Source: a virus (lineage: Duplodnaviria > Caudoviricetes). From it: DNA of 30,366 nucleotides. Position numbers and translations under genes: made by a program. Position 1 is the stretch's first letter. Every line of letters starts with the position of its first letter. Where the stretch lies: positions 1 through 30,366 of IMG/VR virus record IMGVR_UViG_3300037424_000015; one strand, 5' to 3'. This document shows positions 1 to 8,735 of the stretch, in pieces. Under the pieces are notes generated by a model. That model saw only the letters and a list, made by a program, of their open reading frames with translations. It had not been told where the DNA came from and searched no databases.

Positions 1-2
1 AT

Positions 3-170
3 TTCTCGCCAGCAGAGCGTTTCGGCTTGGTTAATACCCTTGGCGAAAAAATGTACGCATTCGAGCAAGCGGCACAAAACGGTACGAAGATCGATATCGA
101 AACTGAATCGAATCATATCTCTGCTCTGTTGCGTCCCCAAGCTGTTGTTCGCGTCCATTCGAGCAACTAA
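3..170 (+). CDS. Major capsid protein, C-terminal fragment (lambda gpE-like); 5' part lies outside the window
   Basis: Frame 3 is open from the window edge to TAA at 168-170: FSPAERFGLVNTLGEKMYAFEQAAQNGTKIDIETESNHISALLRPQAVVRVHSSN. The F.PA...VNTLG and ESN....RP.AV pattern resembles gpE-type capsid C-termini. It lies just upstream of head-tail genes. Not in the supplied ORF track. Confidence 0.8.
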   Translation, partial: FSPAERFGLVNTLGEKMYAFEQAAQNGTKIDIETESNHISALLRPQAVVRVHSSN

Positions 171-202
171 TATCTAGAAGCTTTGTGAGATAACTACTCG
201 CC

Positions 203-249
203 AGTTTCTTTATAAAGCGCCCTTTGCAGGGCGTTTCAGTAAAGGAATT
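203..249 (+). promoter_or_regulatory. Long stem-loop after the capsid gene (partial terminator or mRNA stabiliser); its lower stem covers the next gene's SD
   Basis: Upper stem AAGCGCCCT(215-223)/AGGGCGTTT(228-236) with loop TTGC. Lower stem AGTTTCTTTAT(203-213)/GTAAAGGAATT(239-249) contains AAGGA. The U-tract is weak. Confidence 0.65.
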
Positions 250-251
250 AA

Positions 252-980
252 ATGTCAACAAAACTTAAGACTCAAGAGGAATTCCTGAGAGATTGTAAAG
301 AAGTACATGGTGACAAATATGATTATAGTGAAGCAATTTATATTAAGTCAAAAATTAAAGTAAAAATTTTATGCAAAAAGTGCAGAGAACATTTTTACCA
401 GATACCTGCGGCCCATACGAACAGAGGAGATGGTTGCCCTAGGTGCATGGTTAAAGGGTCTGTGCCTGATTCATTGGAGAGATTCCTATTAAAAGCCTTT
501 AATAGGCATGGAAATACTTTTGACTACAGTAAGGTTGACTATAAAGCATCGGCAACACATGTAACTGTTGTGTGCCATAAACATGGCGACTTCGACATAA
601 AACCAAATCATCTACTTTCTGGCCGAGGCTGCCCAAGTTGTGCTTGTTATGGATATAGAGCAAATTTAACGGGGACACTTTACATATTAAAGTGCGACAA
701 TATTGTAAAGATCGGTATAACTAACAGGGTTGTGGAGGAGAGAGTTAGAGAGATTAATATTGCATCTGGAAAAGTATTTGATGTGGTTTATAGCCACAGC
801 AATACGGATGGAAGAATGGCACAAATTATTGAGAAATACGCCTTATTGACTCTAGTCCCACGGTATGACAGATGCGACCAAAAATACAACGGATCAACAG
901 AGTGTTTTATTGATGTTGACTATAAAGGTCTTATAAAACAAGTTGATTTATTTTTTAAAATATTAAAGGACGAAGTATGA
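252..980 (+). CDS. Free-standing homing-endonuclease-like protein: 2 Cys/His-rich 'HGDKYDYS...CxxH...GCPxC' repeats plus a C-terminal GIY-YIG-like (T5orf172-type) domain
   Basis: Two ~68-aa repeats, then LYILKCDNIVKIGITNR...RVREIN...IE...GSTECF. Stop overlaps the next start (ATGA 977-980). Confidence 0.75.
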   Translation: MSTKLKTQEEFLRDCKEVHGDKYDYSEAIYIKSKIKVKILCKKCREHFYQIPAAHTNRGDGCPRCMVKGSVPDSLERFLLKAFNRHGNTFDYSKVDYKASATHVTVVCHKHGDFDIKPNHLLSGRGCPSCACYGYRANLTGTLYILKCDNIVKIGITNRVVEERVREINIASGKVFDVVYSHSNTDGRMAQIIEKYALLTLVPRYDRCDQKYNGSTECFIDVDYKGLIKQVDLFFKILKDEV

Positions 981-1393
981 TCATTGACCCAAACACAGAC
1001 ATTGGCAAACTTCGACTTCGCCTAGGTGATTGGTCCGATCTGCCGATACTGCCTGACTCCGTGTATGAGGCTGTGCTAGCAAGCACGTCTAATGACTTAT
1101 CAAGGTCTACAGTAACTCTGGCAAACTATATCCTAGCAATCTTTGCGCAGAGAAGCCATAAAAAGCTACAACAGCTTGAGCAATGGTCTGGTGAAACATT
1201 CGTCAACTATCGCCGGTTTATTATTGATACCATTAACAGTCCCAACACTATCTCCGGCATATACCCAATACCCTTCTCGGCATCCTCCACAACAGAGTCC
1301 CCTCTAGTTAAATTTGTAAAAGACTGGAATGATGCTTATAGATACCCTAATCAGTCTCAAGTGCTCTCTGACGTAGCCGCTATAAACCAATAA
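977..1393 (+). CDS. Head-tail connector/adaptor protein
   Basis: N-terminal 'IGKLRLRLGD' helix typical of gp6/gp15-like adaptors; first structural gene after the capsid. Confidence 0.65.
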   Translation: MIIDPNTDIGKLRLRLGDWSDLPILPDSVYEAVLASTSNDLSRSTVTLANYILAIFAQRSHKKLQQLEQWSGETFVNYRRFIIDTINSPNTISGIYPIPFSASSTTESPLVKFVKDWNDAYRYPNQSQVLSDVAAINQ

Positions 1394-1404
1394 TAGGAGA
1401 GTGT

Positions 1405-1797
1405 ATGCTAGAAGATTTTGATGCCACTGTAGCAGAGTTTATGCAAGAGTTTGGTGGGTTAGCTACGTTTATTATAGCAGGAGAGGCTGTACGAGACTTA
1501 GAAACAGGTGACGTTACATTCTCAGAGACAGAGTATGAAGTTGAAGCAATCCTATTGGATTTAACCCTACAATCAAATGGCTCACAGATGATTGATGGGA
1601 CACTCATTCAAGCTGGAGATAAACGGGCATTTGTAAGACCACTCGAAAAGAAAAGTCCCTCTGCAGTGATGCCAGCAATAGAACCCTCTAAAGATAAGTT
1701 TAAGATGGGTGGGAATACTTTTAACATAGTTACTTTGAAAGAGACTAATCCCTCTGGCAATAACAACGTAATGTTTGAGTTGTACTTGAGACGCTAA
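1405..1797 (+). CDS. Head-closure/stopper protein
   Basis: 130 aa, beta-rich, with a 'DGTLIQAGDKR' motif and an ...ELYLRR ending seen in siphovirus stoppers; SD AGGAG at 1395-1399; synteny. Confidence 0.65.
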   Translation: MLEDFDATVAEFMQEFGGLATFIIAGEAVRDLETGDVTFSETEYEVEAILLDLTLQSNGSQMIDGTLIQAGDKRAFVRPLEKKSPSAVMPAIEPSKDKFKMGGNTFNIVTLKETNPSGNNNVMFELYLRR

Positions 1798-2195
1798 TGG
1801 GAACATTCGCAGACTCCGTTAAATTAAACTGTGACAAGAAGATTGAAGAAGTCAGCAAGAAAGTGGAATCAATTACTAGGGAGTTGTTCCAGCTGGTAGT
1901 TAACTCTACTCCTGTGTTAGACGGCTACTTAATAAATTCTTGGCACACAGCTAAAGGGATGGGCGAATACTCTTGGGCGATGGAAAGGTCACCAGATAGT
2001 TTTGGTAGTGGAAGTAAGGCGGATATAGATAGCCTTCTCGCAACTAAGCCCTTCTATGCAACCGACAATATCGTTTCTATGACAAATAATCTGCCCTACG
2101 CATATCGAATAGAATATCTTGGATGGAGTAAGTTTAAAGCTCCCACAGGTATGGTTAGAATATCTTTGCAACAAGTTGCAGCAAGGCATAAATGA
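1797..2195 (+). CDS. Tail completion/neck protein (HK97 gp10-like)
   Basis: Motifs TPVLDGYLINSW and NNLPYAYRIEYLGWS..AP.GMVR typical of this family. Confidence 0.8.
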   Translation: MGTFADSVKLNCDKKIEEVSKKVESITRELFQLVVNSTPVLDGYLINSWHTAKGMGEYSWAMERSPDSFGSGSKADIDSLLATKPFYATDNIVSMTNNLPYAYRIEYLGWSKFKAPTGMVRISLQQVAARHK

Positions 2196-2602
2196 GTATA
2201 TCAATAATAAGAAGTGAGCTTACTACAAAATTAAACACTTGGGCTACTGCACAATCACCTGTCATAAAGCTGGCACTAGAGGGCGAATCCTTTGTAAAGC
2301 CTGTTGACAAAGCATCGTTCCTAGAAGTTTTTATTCTCCCTGCTGCAACTATCGACACATCTGTAGATGGTCTTAACAAGCGTGAGATAGGAATCTTTCA
2401 AGTTAATTGCTGGACATGGGACAACGGACAAGGTGCGGGTAAATCCGATAGACTTGCACAGAGTATTGTTGACTTGTTTCCAATAGTTCCAAAACTCTCT
2501 GTAGTTTCTGTAGAGAGAACACCAAGTGTTTCACAACCAATCTTTGAAGATGGCTGGAGAATAATTCCAGTAACCATCCAATACCGATACGAATCAAGAT
2601 AA
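2192..2602 (+). CDS. Tail terminator protein
   Basis: 136 aa; G.FQV...GQG......A..I...FP and 'IPVTIQYR' patterns; position before the tail tube gene. Confidence 0.7.
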   Translation: MSISIIRSELTTKLNTWATAQSPVIKLALEGESFVKPVDKASFLEVFILPAATIDTSVDGLNKREIGIFQVNCWTWDNGQGAGKSDRLAQSIVDLFPIVPKLSVVSVERTPSVSQPIFEDGWRIIPVTIQYRYESR

Positions 2603-2618
2603 ATTAAAAGGAAATTAA

Positions 2619-2966
2619 ATGGCAGTCATTACACAAACGAAGATTAAGGGCTTGGGAACTTCTACAGCCGTTACAGTAACAACCTTGTCGGCGTCGGACA
2701 CTCTGGTGTATGTGGCAGGAGCTGGTCAGATTCTTACACTGACTAATGGCACAGCAGGCTCCCTGACAGCAACTATTGATGGCTCTGCTTCAACCACGAT
2801 TACCCCTAAAGGGTATGGAGCAACCCTTGATGTATCAGCAGGCAAAGCAATCGTTGTAGCTGCTGGAGCAACAGTGGCTGTAGAGCTTGACGCTATCTCA
2901 GCATTCCTTCTAGGAACTGTGACAGTAACAGGTGCTGCACTTGTAACGGCGACACTTACTGTGTAA
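2619..2966 (+). CDS. Small virion structural protein (beta-rich, possible neck or tail decoration)
   Basis: 115 aa, rich in Thr/Ala/Gly/Val with alternating beta pattern; SD AAGGA; within the morphogenesis operon. Confidence 0.55.
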   Translation: MAVITQTKIKGLGTSTAVTVTTLSASDTLVYVAGAGQILTLTNGTAGSLTATIDGSASTTITPKGYGATLDVSAGKAIVVAAGATVAVELDAISAFLLGTVTVTGAALVTATLTV

Positions 2967-2968
2967 GT

Positions 2969-4114
2969 ATGACAAGAAAACTTACTCAGGAAGGTTTCCT
3001 AGAAAAAGCAAGGCAAGCACATGGGGATAGGTATTCTTATGAAAAGTCTAAGTATATTGGCACTGATACAGATATTATAATTACTTGCCACGTTCATGGT
3101 GACTTCCTATCAACTCCATATAGGCACGTGAGAGGAAGTGGCTGCGTAAAATGCGCCACGGAAAAGACTGCTAAAAAGAGAGCTTTAACTAATGGGCAGT
3201 TTGTAGAGAAAGCCCATAAAGTGCATAAGGGAAAGTACGATTACTCTCCGGTTGTGTATGTAAATACTTATACATCTGTGGAAATAATTTGCCCTGAGCA
3301 TGGCCCTTTCATGCAAACACCAGCATCTCATCTTGCCGGATCAAATTGCCCTACCTGCGACTCTATAAAGACAAGCCGCCGCTTTTCTAAAACATTAGGA
3401 CACTTCTTAAATAAGGCTGTGGAGGTTCATGGTGACAAATATGATTATTCTAAATTTGTTTACACAAAATCGGGAGCAAAGTCAATAATTATTTGTCAAA
3501 AGCACGGAGAATTTCTTCAGTCGTCTAATAGACACCTAGCTGGGGAGGGTTGTAGGAAATGTGCTAGTGAGCGCGTCGGGGATGTCTGTAGAAAAACACA
3601 AGAAGATTTCCTAGAGGATGCAGTGAAGCGTCACGGAAACCTCTACGATTATTCTGAGACAGTCTATAAGACTATCAAGATTAAGGTAGATATTCGTTGC
3701 CCTATTCATGGAATATTCAGACAAAACCCCGGCAGCCATACACAGGGTCAGGGATGTCCTGCTTGTGCCATCAGCGGGTATGCCTCAAATAAGCCCGGCA
3801 TAATTTATGTACTTACTTCCGACAAGTTGACTAAAGTCGGCATCAGTAATAAGTCTGGCAAGTCAAGAGCTAAGCACGTCTCAAGGGAGTCTGGTATAGA
3901 ATTCACTGAGGCGTTTAGCGCTAAGTTTGATGACGGAACAATTGCACCTAGCATAGAAAATATTTTACTGCAAGAGTTAAGAAGTAAGTATGAAAATCCA
4001 GTAGATAAATTCAATGGTTATACCGAATGTTTCTATGATGTGGATTACGAAGAATTGATAGAGCGCCTTGGTGCGCTGATATCGCAATCTGTAGAATTGT
4101 CTACTAATAATTAA
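2969..4114 (+). CDS. Free-standing homing-endonuclease-like protein: 4 Cys/His-rich repeats plus a C-terminal GIY-YIG-like domain; paralogue of 252..980
   Basis: Four ~68-aa repeats (HGDRYSY, HKGKYDYS, HGDKYDYS, HGNLYDYS, each ending CxxC), then IIYVLTSDKLTKVGISN...IE...NGYTECF. Confidence 0.75.
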   Translation: MTRKLTQEGFLEKARQAHGDRYSYEKSKYIGTDTDIIITCHVHGDFLSTPYRHVRGSGCVKCATEKTAKKRALTNGQFVEKAHKVHKGKYDYSPVVYVNTYTSVEIICPEHGPFMQTPASHLAGSNCPTCDSIKTSRRFSKTLGHFLNKAVEVHGDKYDYSKFVYTKSGAKSIIICQKHGEFLQSSNRHLAGEGCRKCASERVGDVCRKTQEDFLEDAVKRHGNLYDYSETVYKTIKIKVDIRCPIHGIFRQNPGSHTQGQGCPACAISGYASNKPGIIYVLTSDKLTKVGISNKSGKSRAKHVSRESGIEFTEAFSAKFDDGTIAPSIENILLQELRSKYENPVDKFNGYTECFYDVDYEELIERLGALISQSVELSTNN

Positions 4115-4130
4115 ATTTTAAGGAATAAAC

Positions 4131-4583
4131 ATGGCTACAAGTATCGCCGATATTAGAACGAGTGCAGGAAGTAAATTTTATGTAACAGCATCCGCACCTA
4201 CCACATACGACGCAGCTGGCTTCGCGGCACTGACCTTCACGGAGGTTTTGTACATTTCCAATCTAGGCGAGTTTGGTACGGTATCGAACCTAGTAACCTT
4301 CAATTCGTTGGGAAATCGCACGGTAGTTAAGCGGAAGGGATCAGTGGACAATGGCTCCATCCCTGTTGAAATGGCACGCGTGCCGGGCGACGCAGGACAA
4401 GCACTCTTGATAGCAGCTGCAGCATCTGACCTCTCCTACTCGTATAAACTTGAGACACAAGATGGGACCATTTTTTACTTTTCGTCGCAATGTATGTCCT
4501 ACACAACTAATGTCGGCGGCGTGGACGATATCCTGACTGCAACAGCTACACTTGAAATCGACAACTCCATCATCGAAATCTAA
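4131..4583 (+). CDS. Major tail tube protein
   Basis: RTSAGSKFY...P.TYDAAGF.AL.FTEV..I...GEFG...KRKGS.DNG...GQ.LL pattern of siphovirus tail tubes; followed by a hairpin and chaperone genes. Confidence 0.85.
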   Translation: MATSIADIRTSAGSKFYVTASAPTTYDAAGFAALTFTEVLYISNLGEFGTVSNLVTFNSLGNRTVVKRKGSVDNGSIPVEMARVPGDAGQALLIAAAASDLSYSYKLETQDGTIFYFSSQCMSYTTNVGGVDDILTATATLEIDNSIIEI

Positions 4584-4592
4584 TAGCCACAC

Positions 4593-4620
4593 AGCGTCCC
4601 TCTACCTAGGGACGCTCTCT
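4593..4620 (+). terminator. Stem-loop after the tail tube gene (partial terminator or 3' stabiliser)
   Basis: Perfect 9-bp stem AGCGTCCCT/AGGGACGCT with a 6-nt loop; only a weak pyrimidine tail. Confidence 0.6.
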
Positions 4621-4695
4621 TACAAAATTACCAAAGAGTAATTAAGTAAGGTTGTTTCAAACAATACTATAACATAACTTTAAGGACTCTACCAC

Positions 4696-5097
4696 ATGTC
4701 ATTCGACCTGAACACATTAGCTAAAGAAAACGTCACAACTATCCACATCGTGCACCCTGCAACGGACGCTCCGTTGTACGCAGATGAGGCTAAAACATCC
4801 CCTGTCCAAATCATTGTCTACGGCACTAGCTCTAAACAATACCGCGACAAAGTCTTGGCAATGAACAACGCACGCCTCAAGCGCGGCAAAGCAAAACCTA
4901 CAGCAGAGGGCATTGAATCAGATGCTATCGAATTGCTGGTAGCATGTTCTAAAGAAGCTATCAACCTTAAGCTTGATGGCGAGCCAATCAATACCCCAGA
5001 AGCATTCCGTAAGCTGTACTCTAACCCATCCTATGATTGGCTGCGCGAGCAAGTTGACAATAGTATTGGAGAAGCTTCAAATTTTTTGCAACAGTAA
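4696..5097 (+). CDS. Tail assembly chaperone (gpG-like)
   Basis: Lies between tail tube and tape measure; ends ...WLREQVD...SNFLQQ over a slippery sequence. Confidence 0.8.
   Translation: MSFDLNTLAKENVTTIHIVHPATDAPLYADEAKTSPVQIIVYGTSSKQYRDKVLAMNNARLKRGKAKPTAEGIESDAIELLVACSKEAINLKLDGEPINTPEAFRKLYSNPSYDWLREQVDNSIGEASNFLQQ
5079..5088 (+). other. Programmed -1 ribosomal frameshift site (A AAT TTT / T TTT TTG)
   Basis: In-frame X XXY YYZ heptamers a few codons before the G stop. The -1 frame is open from 5085 to 5522. Confidence 0.8.
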
Positions 5098-5522
5098 ATG
5101 AAGACCTTTCTCTGTATGTAAGACAGCTGGCGTGGCTCAGAAGTGTCCCTGAAAAGAAGACACAAAGCCGCCTAGAAGAATATATAGAGAAAGAAATTGA
5201 GCCTCCGTTGCCGGATGTCGAGTATGCCTTGTATCTAGTAAATTTACTAGATGAGATAGGTGCAGCTCAGCAATCTAGTATGGGGCTTTCTCCTTTAACA
5301 TGGCAAGAGATTAAAGCGTGGAAAGAATTAACGGACACGGACATTACTTCGTGGGAATTATTGTTAATTAGACATTTAAGTATTTTATATACAACAGAAT
5401 TATCACAAGGAGGCAGCCCTAAACGGAAAGCTCCTTATACAGACGTAACAGTTAAGCACGACTGGGGCAATGCATTTGCAGCAGCATTAAGATCGATTAA
5501 GAATCGGACTAATACAGAATAA
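5085..5522 (+). CDS. Tail assembly chaperone frameshift extension (T part of gpGT)
   Basis: The -1 frame reads FATVNEDLSLYVRQLAWLRSVPEKK... into the ORF called at 5208, with motif 'PLTWQEIKAW..LT.....WE'. Confidence 0.75.
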   Translation, partial: FATVNEDLSLYVRQLAWLRSVPEKKTQSRLEEYIEKEIEPPLPDVEYALYLVNLLDEIGAAQQSSMGLSPLTWQEIKAWKELTDTDITSWELLLIRHLSILYTTELSQGGSPKRKAPYTDVTVKHDWGNAFAAALRSIKNRTNTE

Positions 5523-5548
5523 TCCAATAATACCATCAGAGGCAATAT

Positions 5549-8500
5549 ATGATAGATGTTTCAACACTCAGCATAACGGTAAAGTCTGACGGTATTAAGG
5601 AAGCTACTAAGGGCTTGGAAGCACTAGCCTTGGCAGCTTCTAAGGTTGATAAGAGTATTCTTCCGCTTCTCCCTGCAATGCAGAAGCAACAGTCTGAACA
5701 AGATAAAGTAACAAAAACTACGCAGAAGGCTACAGAGGCTGCTGATAAGTATATCTCAAGGCTCCAACTAAAAGCCAATGTAATGGGCAAGAATGCTGCA
5801 CAAACAGCAGCCCTTACAGCCGCTCAAAGAGGGTTCTCAGCAGGGGCTGTAAAGCAGGCGCAAGAGCTTGGTGCAAGTATTGATGCACAGGCTGCGGCAA
5901 TGGCGAAAGCCAGCACCAAAGGTACAATATTTAACAATACAGTGAAGAGCATGATCAGTGCCTTCTTGCTGTATAAGTCTGTTGGCTTTGCTAAAAGTAT
6001 CATAGAGGCCGGGGACAGTTGGGCCATGATGGCTTCTCGCCTGAAGGTTGCTACAGGCTCTATGCAAGAGGCCAATAAGGTACAAGGTGAGTTGTACGCT
6101 ATGGCACAATCATTGAGAATTCCTTTGGAGGACTCTACAAGGTTGTACACACGTATGCTAGTACCTATGAAAGCCCTTGGAAAGACCTCTGAAGACGTTA
6201 TGAAGGTCACTGAAGGGGTAGGTCTAGCCTTACAATTGAACGGCTCTACAGGGGCTGAGGCAAGCTCTGTAATGCTACAATTCTCTCAATCTATGGCAGC
6301 AGGGCGTTTGAATGGCGCTGAGTTGAATGCTGTGTTAGAAGGCGCTCCGCCAATCATACGTGCAATTGAAGCAGAGCTTGTACGTACAGGGAAAGGGTTC
6401 TCCCAAACAGGCAAGACAATTAAACAGATGGGTGCTGATGGTCAACTCGGCATTGACTTGATAACCAACGCTATCAAGAATGCTTTGCCGGGATGGAAGA
6501 AGGATTTTTCAGAGCTTCCAATTACAGTCGATAGTGCACTGACAGTAATTAAGAATGCTTGGACAAAAGCTATGGGTGAAATGTCTCAGGACACCGAGCT
6601 TAATAAGAACCTGTCAAAAGCCTTAATGAGTGTTGTGGAGATTATGCCAATAGTGAGAGATACGATGATATCAGTCGTAACCTTTATCACAGACAACATT
6701 AAGGCACTCACATACGCTATCAGTTCCCTTTTAGCCCTAAAGTTCCTTTCGTGGGTAACTAGCGTAGCTACGGCCCTGTCTGTTGGAGCAACCGCAGCAG
6801 GGGCTTTTGGTCCAGCAATGGCAGCAGTGGCTACAGCGATAAGCGCTGTGTTGGGGCCAGTCGGCTTGCTGATAGCAGCACTAGGTGTCCTTTATGCCGC
6901 GTATAAGTTGTGGGCAGACGACACTCCTAAGCAATCTGCGGCAACTACAAGCAAATTAGTAGCTGATACAGACACTAGGATAGCGGTCATTAGGAAAGAG
7001 ATTGACGCCATAAATGAGAAATACGCAGCAGAGAATAAGAAAGCTCCGGCAACAGAGGCTGTAAAAGAGGACTCGACTCTGGCTAGAAACAAAGAGACTA
7101 TCCTTAGACTTACTGATGCACAAGTAAGAACAGACAATGCGGCTATTAAAGCAGGCTTGCAGATATCTATAGATCGTGCTAAAGCAGATAATGACCGTCT
7201 TGAGGGAATTATTGCAGTGTCAAGCGCTGTTAAGGCTGCAGATGAGATGCAAAAGAAGACAGCATCTCAGGCAAAGCTCTATAATGAAGAGCGTAAAAAA
7301 TGGGACAAAGACTACGCAGACCAGCAAAAGATTGATGCTATAAAAGCTATGGATATAAATGATGAGCAGAAAAAGAGCCTCATCGCACTAGCTATTGCAA
7401 AACAAACTAAAGGATCTACAGCAAAAGCTGTATCTGAAGCTAATAAGCAAGAGCAAGCAATGGCTGCGCTTAATGCTAAATATCAGGACCAGCTTGATAT
7501 TAAGTCTCGTCTTGAAGACCCTACCAACAAGAATAAGAGTAACACAGCCAATGAGAAAGCCTTAAATCTTCTAATTCAACAAGAGGAAAAAGCTAAAGGA
7601 ATCGAAATAATTGGTATTAGAGCACAGATCAACAAAGCTCAACAAATTGTAGATCAAGAAAAGCTCAATAGTCTCGAAAAAGACCGACTGGATACGCTCC
7701 AATACATTGCAACTTTAGAGGCCGGTTCAGCACTACGTTCTCAAGAATATGCTCAAGAACTGGCTGGTGCGGGAATGGGTAGTCGTGCTAAGGCGGAACA
7801 AGAGAAAGTAAATGCAATTAACAAAGAGTACCAAGCCAAGAAGGTTGAATTAGAGAACCTAAAGCAAAGCGGCGGAGGTATGGATAATGATGTGTACGCT
7901 GCGAGATTAGCCGGTATCGAAAAGTTCAATGCCGAAGACCTTAAGAAGCATGCAGAACATCTCCAGAAGAAGCTTGAACAAGAGCAAAACTGGGCGCTTG
8001 GTGCTAGCGCAGCAATGGCAAATTACGCAGACAATGCCAATAACCTTAACAAGCAGACAGAAGACCTCTTTACTAATGCCTTCAAAGGAATGGAAGATGC
8101 CTTAGTAGAATTTACAATGACTGGCAAACTCAGTTTCTCAGACCTTGCTAAATCCATTATAGCAGATATTGTTCGTATACAGGCTAAACAAACTATCGCA
8201 GGGCTTATGGGCGGAGCGTCCTCAAGTGGGGGAGGAAGTGGAATCTTAGGTGGTTTACTGTCTCTGGGAATGTCCTTGATTGGTGCTAGTGGCGGAGCAC
8301 CTACAGCCGTTGATCCGGTTATCAGCGGAGGCACTTCTTGGCTTAATGCTTCACCAAGTTTTAGTGTAAATGCTAAAGGTAACGCGTTTTCTGGTGGAGC
8401 TATGACGACGAAGTTTGCAGACGGAGGAGCATTCACTAACGGTGTTGTTAACAAGCCTACGGGCTTTGACATGGGCCTTATGGGGGAAGCTGGACCAGAA

Positions 8501-8713
8501 GCTATCATGCCTTTGCAACGTACATCAGACGGCTCATTAGGAGTTGTAGCATCTGGTGGAAGCAGTTCTGGAGAAACCAAAGTTACATATGCCCCTACAA
8601 TCAATATTGATGCTAGGGCAGATAAAGCTGAGGTGGAAAAGATAGTCAACAATGCTGTCAAATCAGGTAATGCAAAACTCGTGGACGACCTTACAAGGGC
8701 GCGTCGATTATAA
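5549..8713 (+). CDS. Tape measure protein
   Basis: 1054 aa, Ala/Lys-rich and helical. N-terminal tape-measure domain (D.W....SRLK.ATGS...QFSQ....GRL.GAELNAVLE), central hydrophobic segments, and a lambda-H-like C-terminus (W..GA..A..NY, FADGG, GEAGPEAIMPL). Confidence 0.95.
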   Translation: MIDVSTLSITVKSDGIKEATKGLEALALAASKVDKSILPLLPAMQKQQSEQDKVTKTTQKATEAADKYISRLQLKANVMGKNAAQTAALTAAQRGFSAGAVKQAQELGASIDAQAAAMAKASTKGTIFNNTVKSMISAFLLYKSVGFAKSIIEAGDSWAMMASRLKVATGSMQEANKVQGELYAMAQSLRIPLEDSTRLYTRMLVPMKALGKTSEDVMKVTEGVGLALQLNGSTGAEASSVMLQFSQSMAAGRLNGAELNAVLEGAPPIIRAIEAELVRTGKGFSQTGKTIKQMGADGQLGIDLITNAIKNALPGWKKDFSELPITVDSALTVIKNAWTKAMGEMSQDTELNKNLSKALMSVVEIMPIVRDTMISVVTFITDNIKALTYAISSLLALKFLSWVTSVATALSVGATAAGAFGPAMAAVATAISAVLGPVGLLIAALGVLYAAYKLWADDTPKQSAATTSKLVADTDTRIAVIRKEIDAINEKYAAENKKAPATEAVKEDSTLARNKETILRLTDAQVRTDNAAIKAGLQISIDRAKADNDRLEGIIAVSSAVKAADEMQKKTASQAKLYNEERKKWDKDYADQQKIDAIKAMDINDEQKKSLIALAIAKQTKGSTAKAVSEANKQEQAMAALNAKYQDQLDIKSRLEDPTNKNKSNTANEKALNLLIQQEEKAKGIEIIGIRAQINKAQQIVDQEKLNSLEKDRLDTLQYIATLEAGSALRSQEYAQELAGAGMGSRAKAEQEKVNAINKEYQAKKVELENLKQSGGGMDNDVYAARLAGIEKFNAEDLKKHAEHLQKKLEQEQNWALGASAAMANYADNANNLNKQTEDLFTNAFKGMEDALVEFTMTGKLSFSDLAKSIIADIVRIQAKQTIAGLMGGASSSGGGSGILGGLLSLGMSLIGASGGAPTAVDPVISGGTSWLNASPSFSVNAKGNAFSGGAMTTKFADGGAFTNGVVNKPTGFDMGLMGEAGPEAIMPLQRTSDGSLGVVASGGSSSGETKVTYAPTINIDARADKAEVEKIVNNAVKSGNAKLVDDLTRARRL

Positions 8714-8735
8714 CATAATAAAGAGGCTTTAAAGT

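Noticed and set aside
170-4131. Group I introns around the two endonuclease genes
   Set aside because: Flanking genes have complete starts and stops, and the spacers (0-80 nt) are too short for an intron core.
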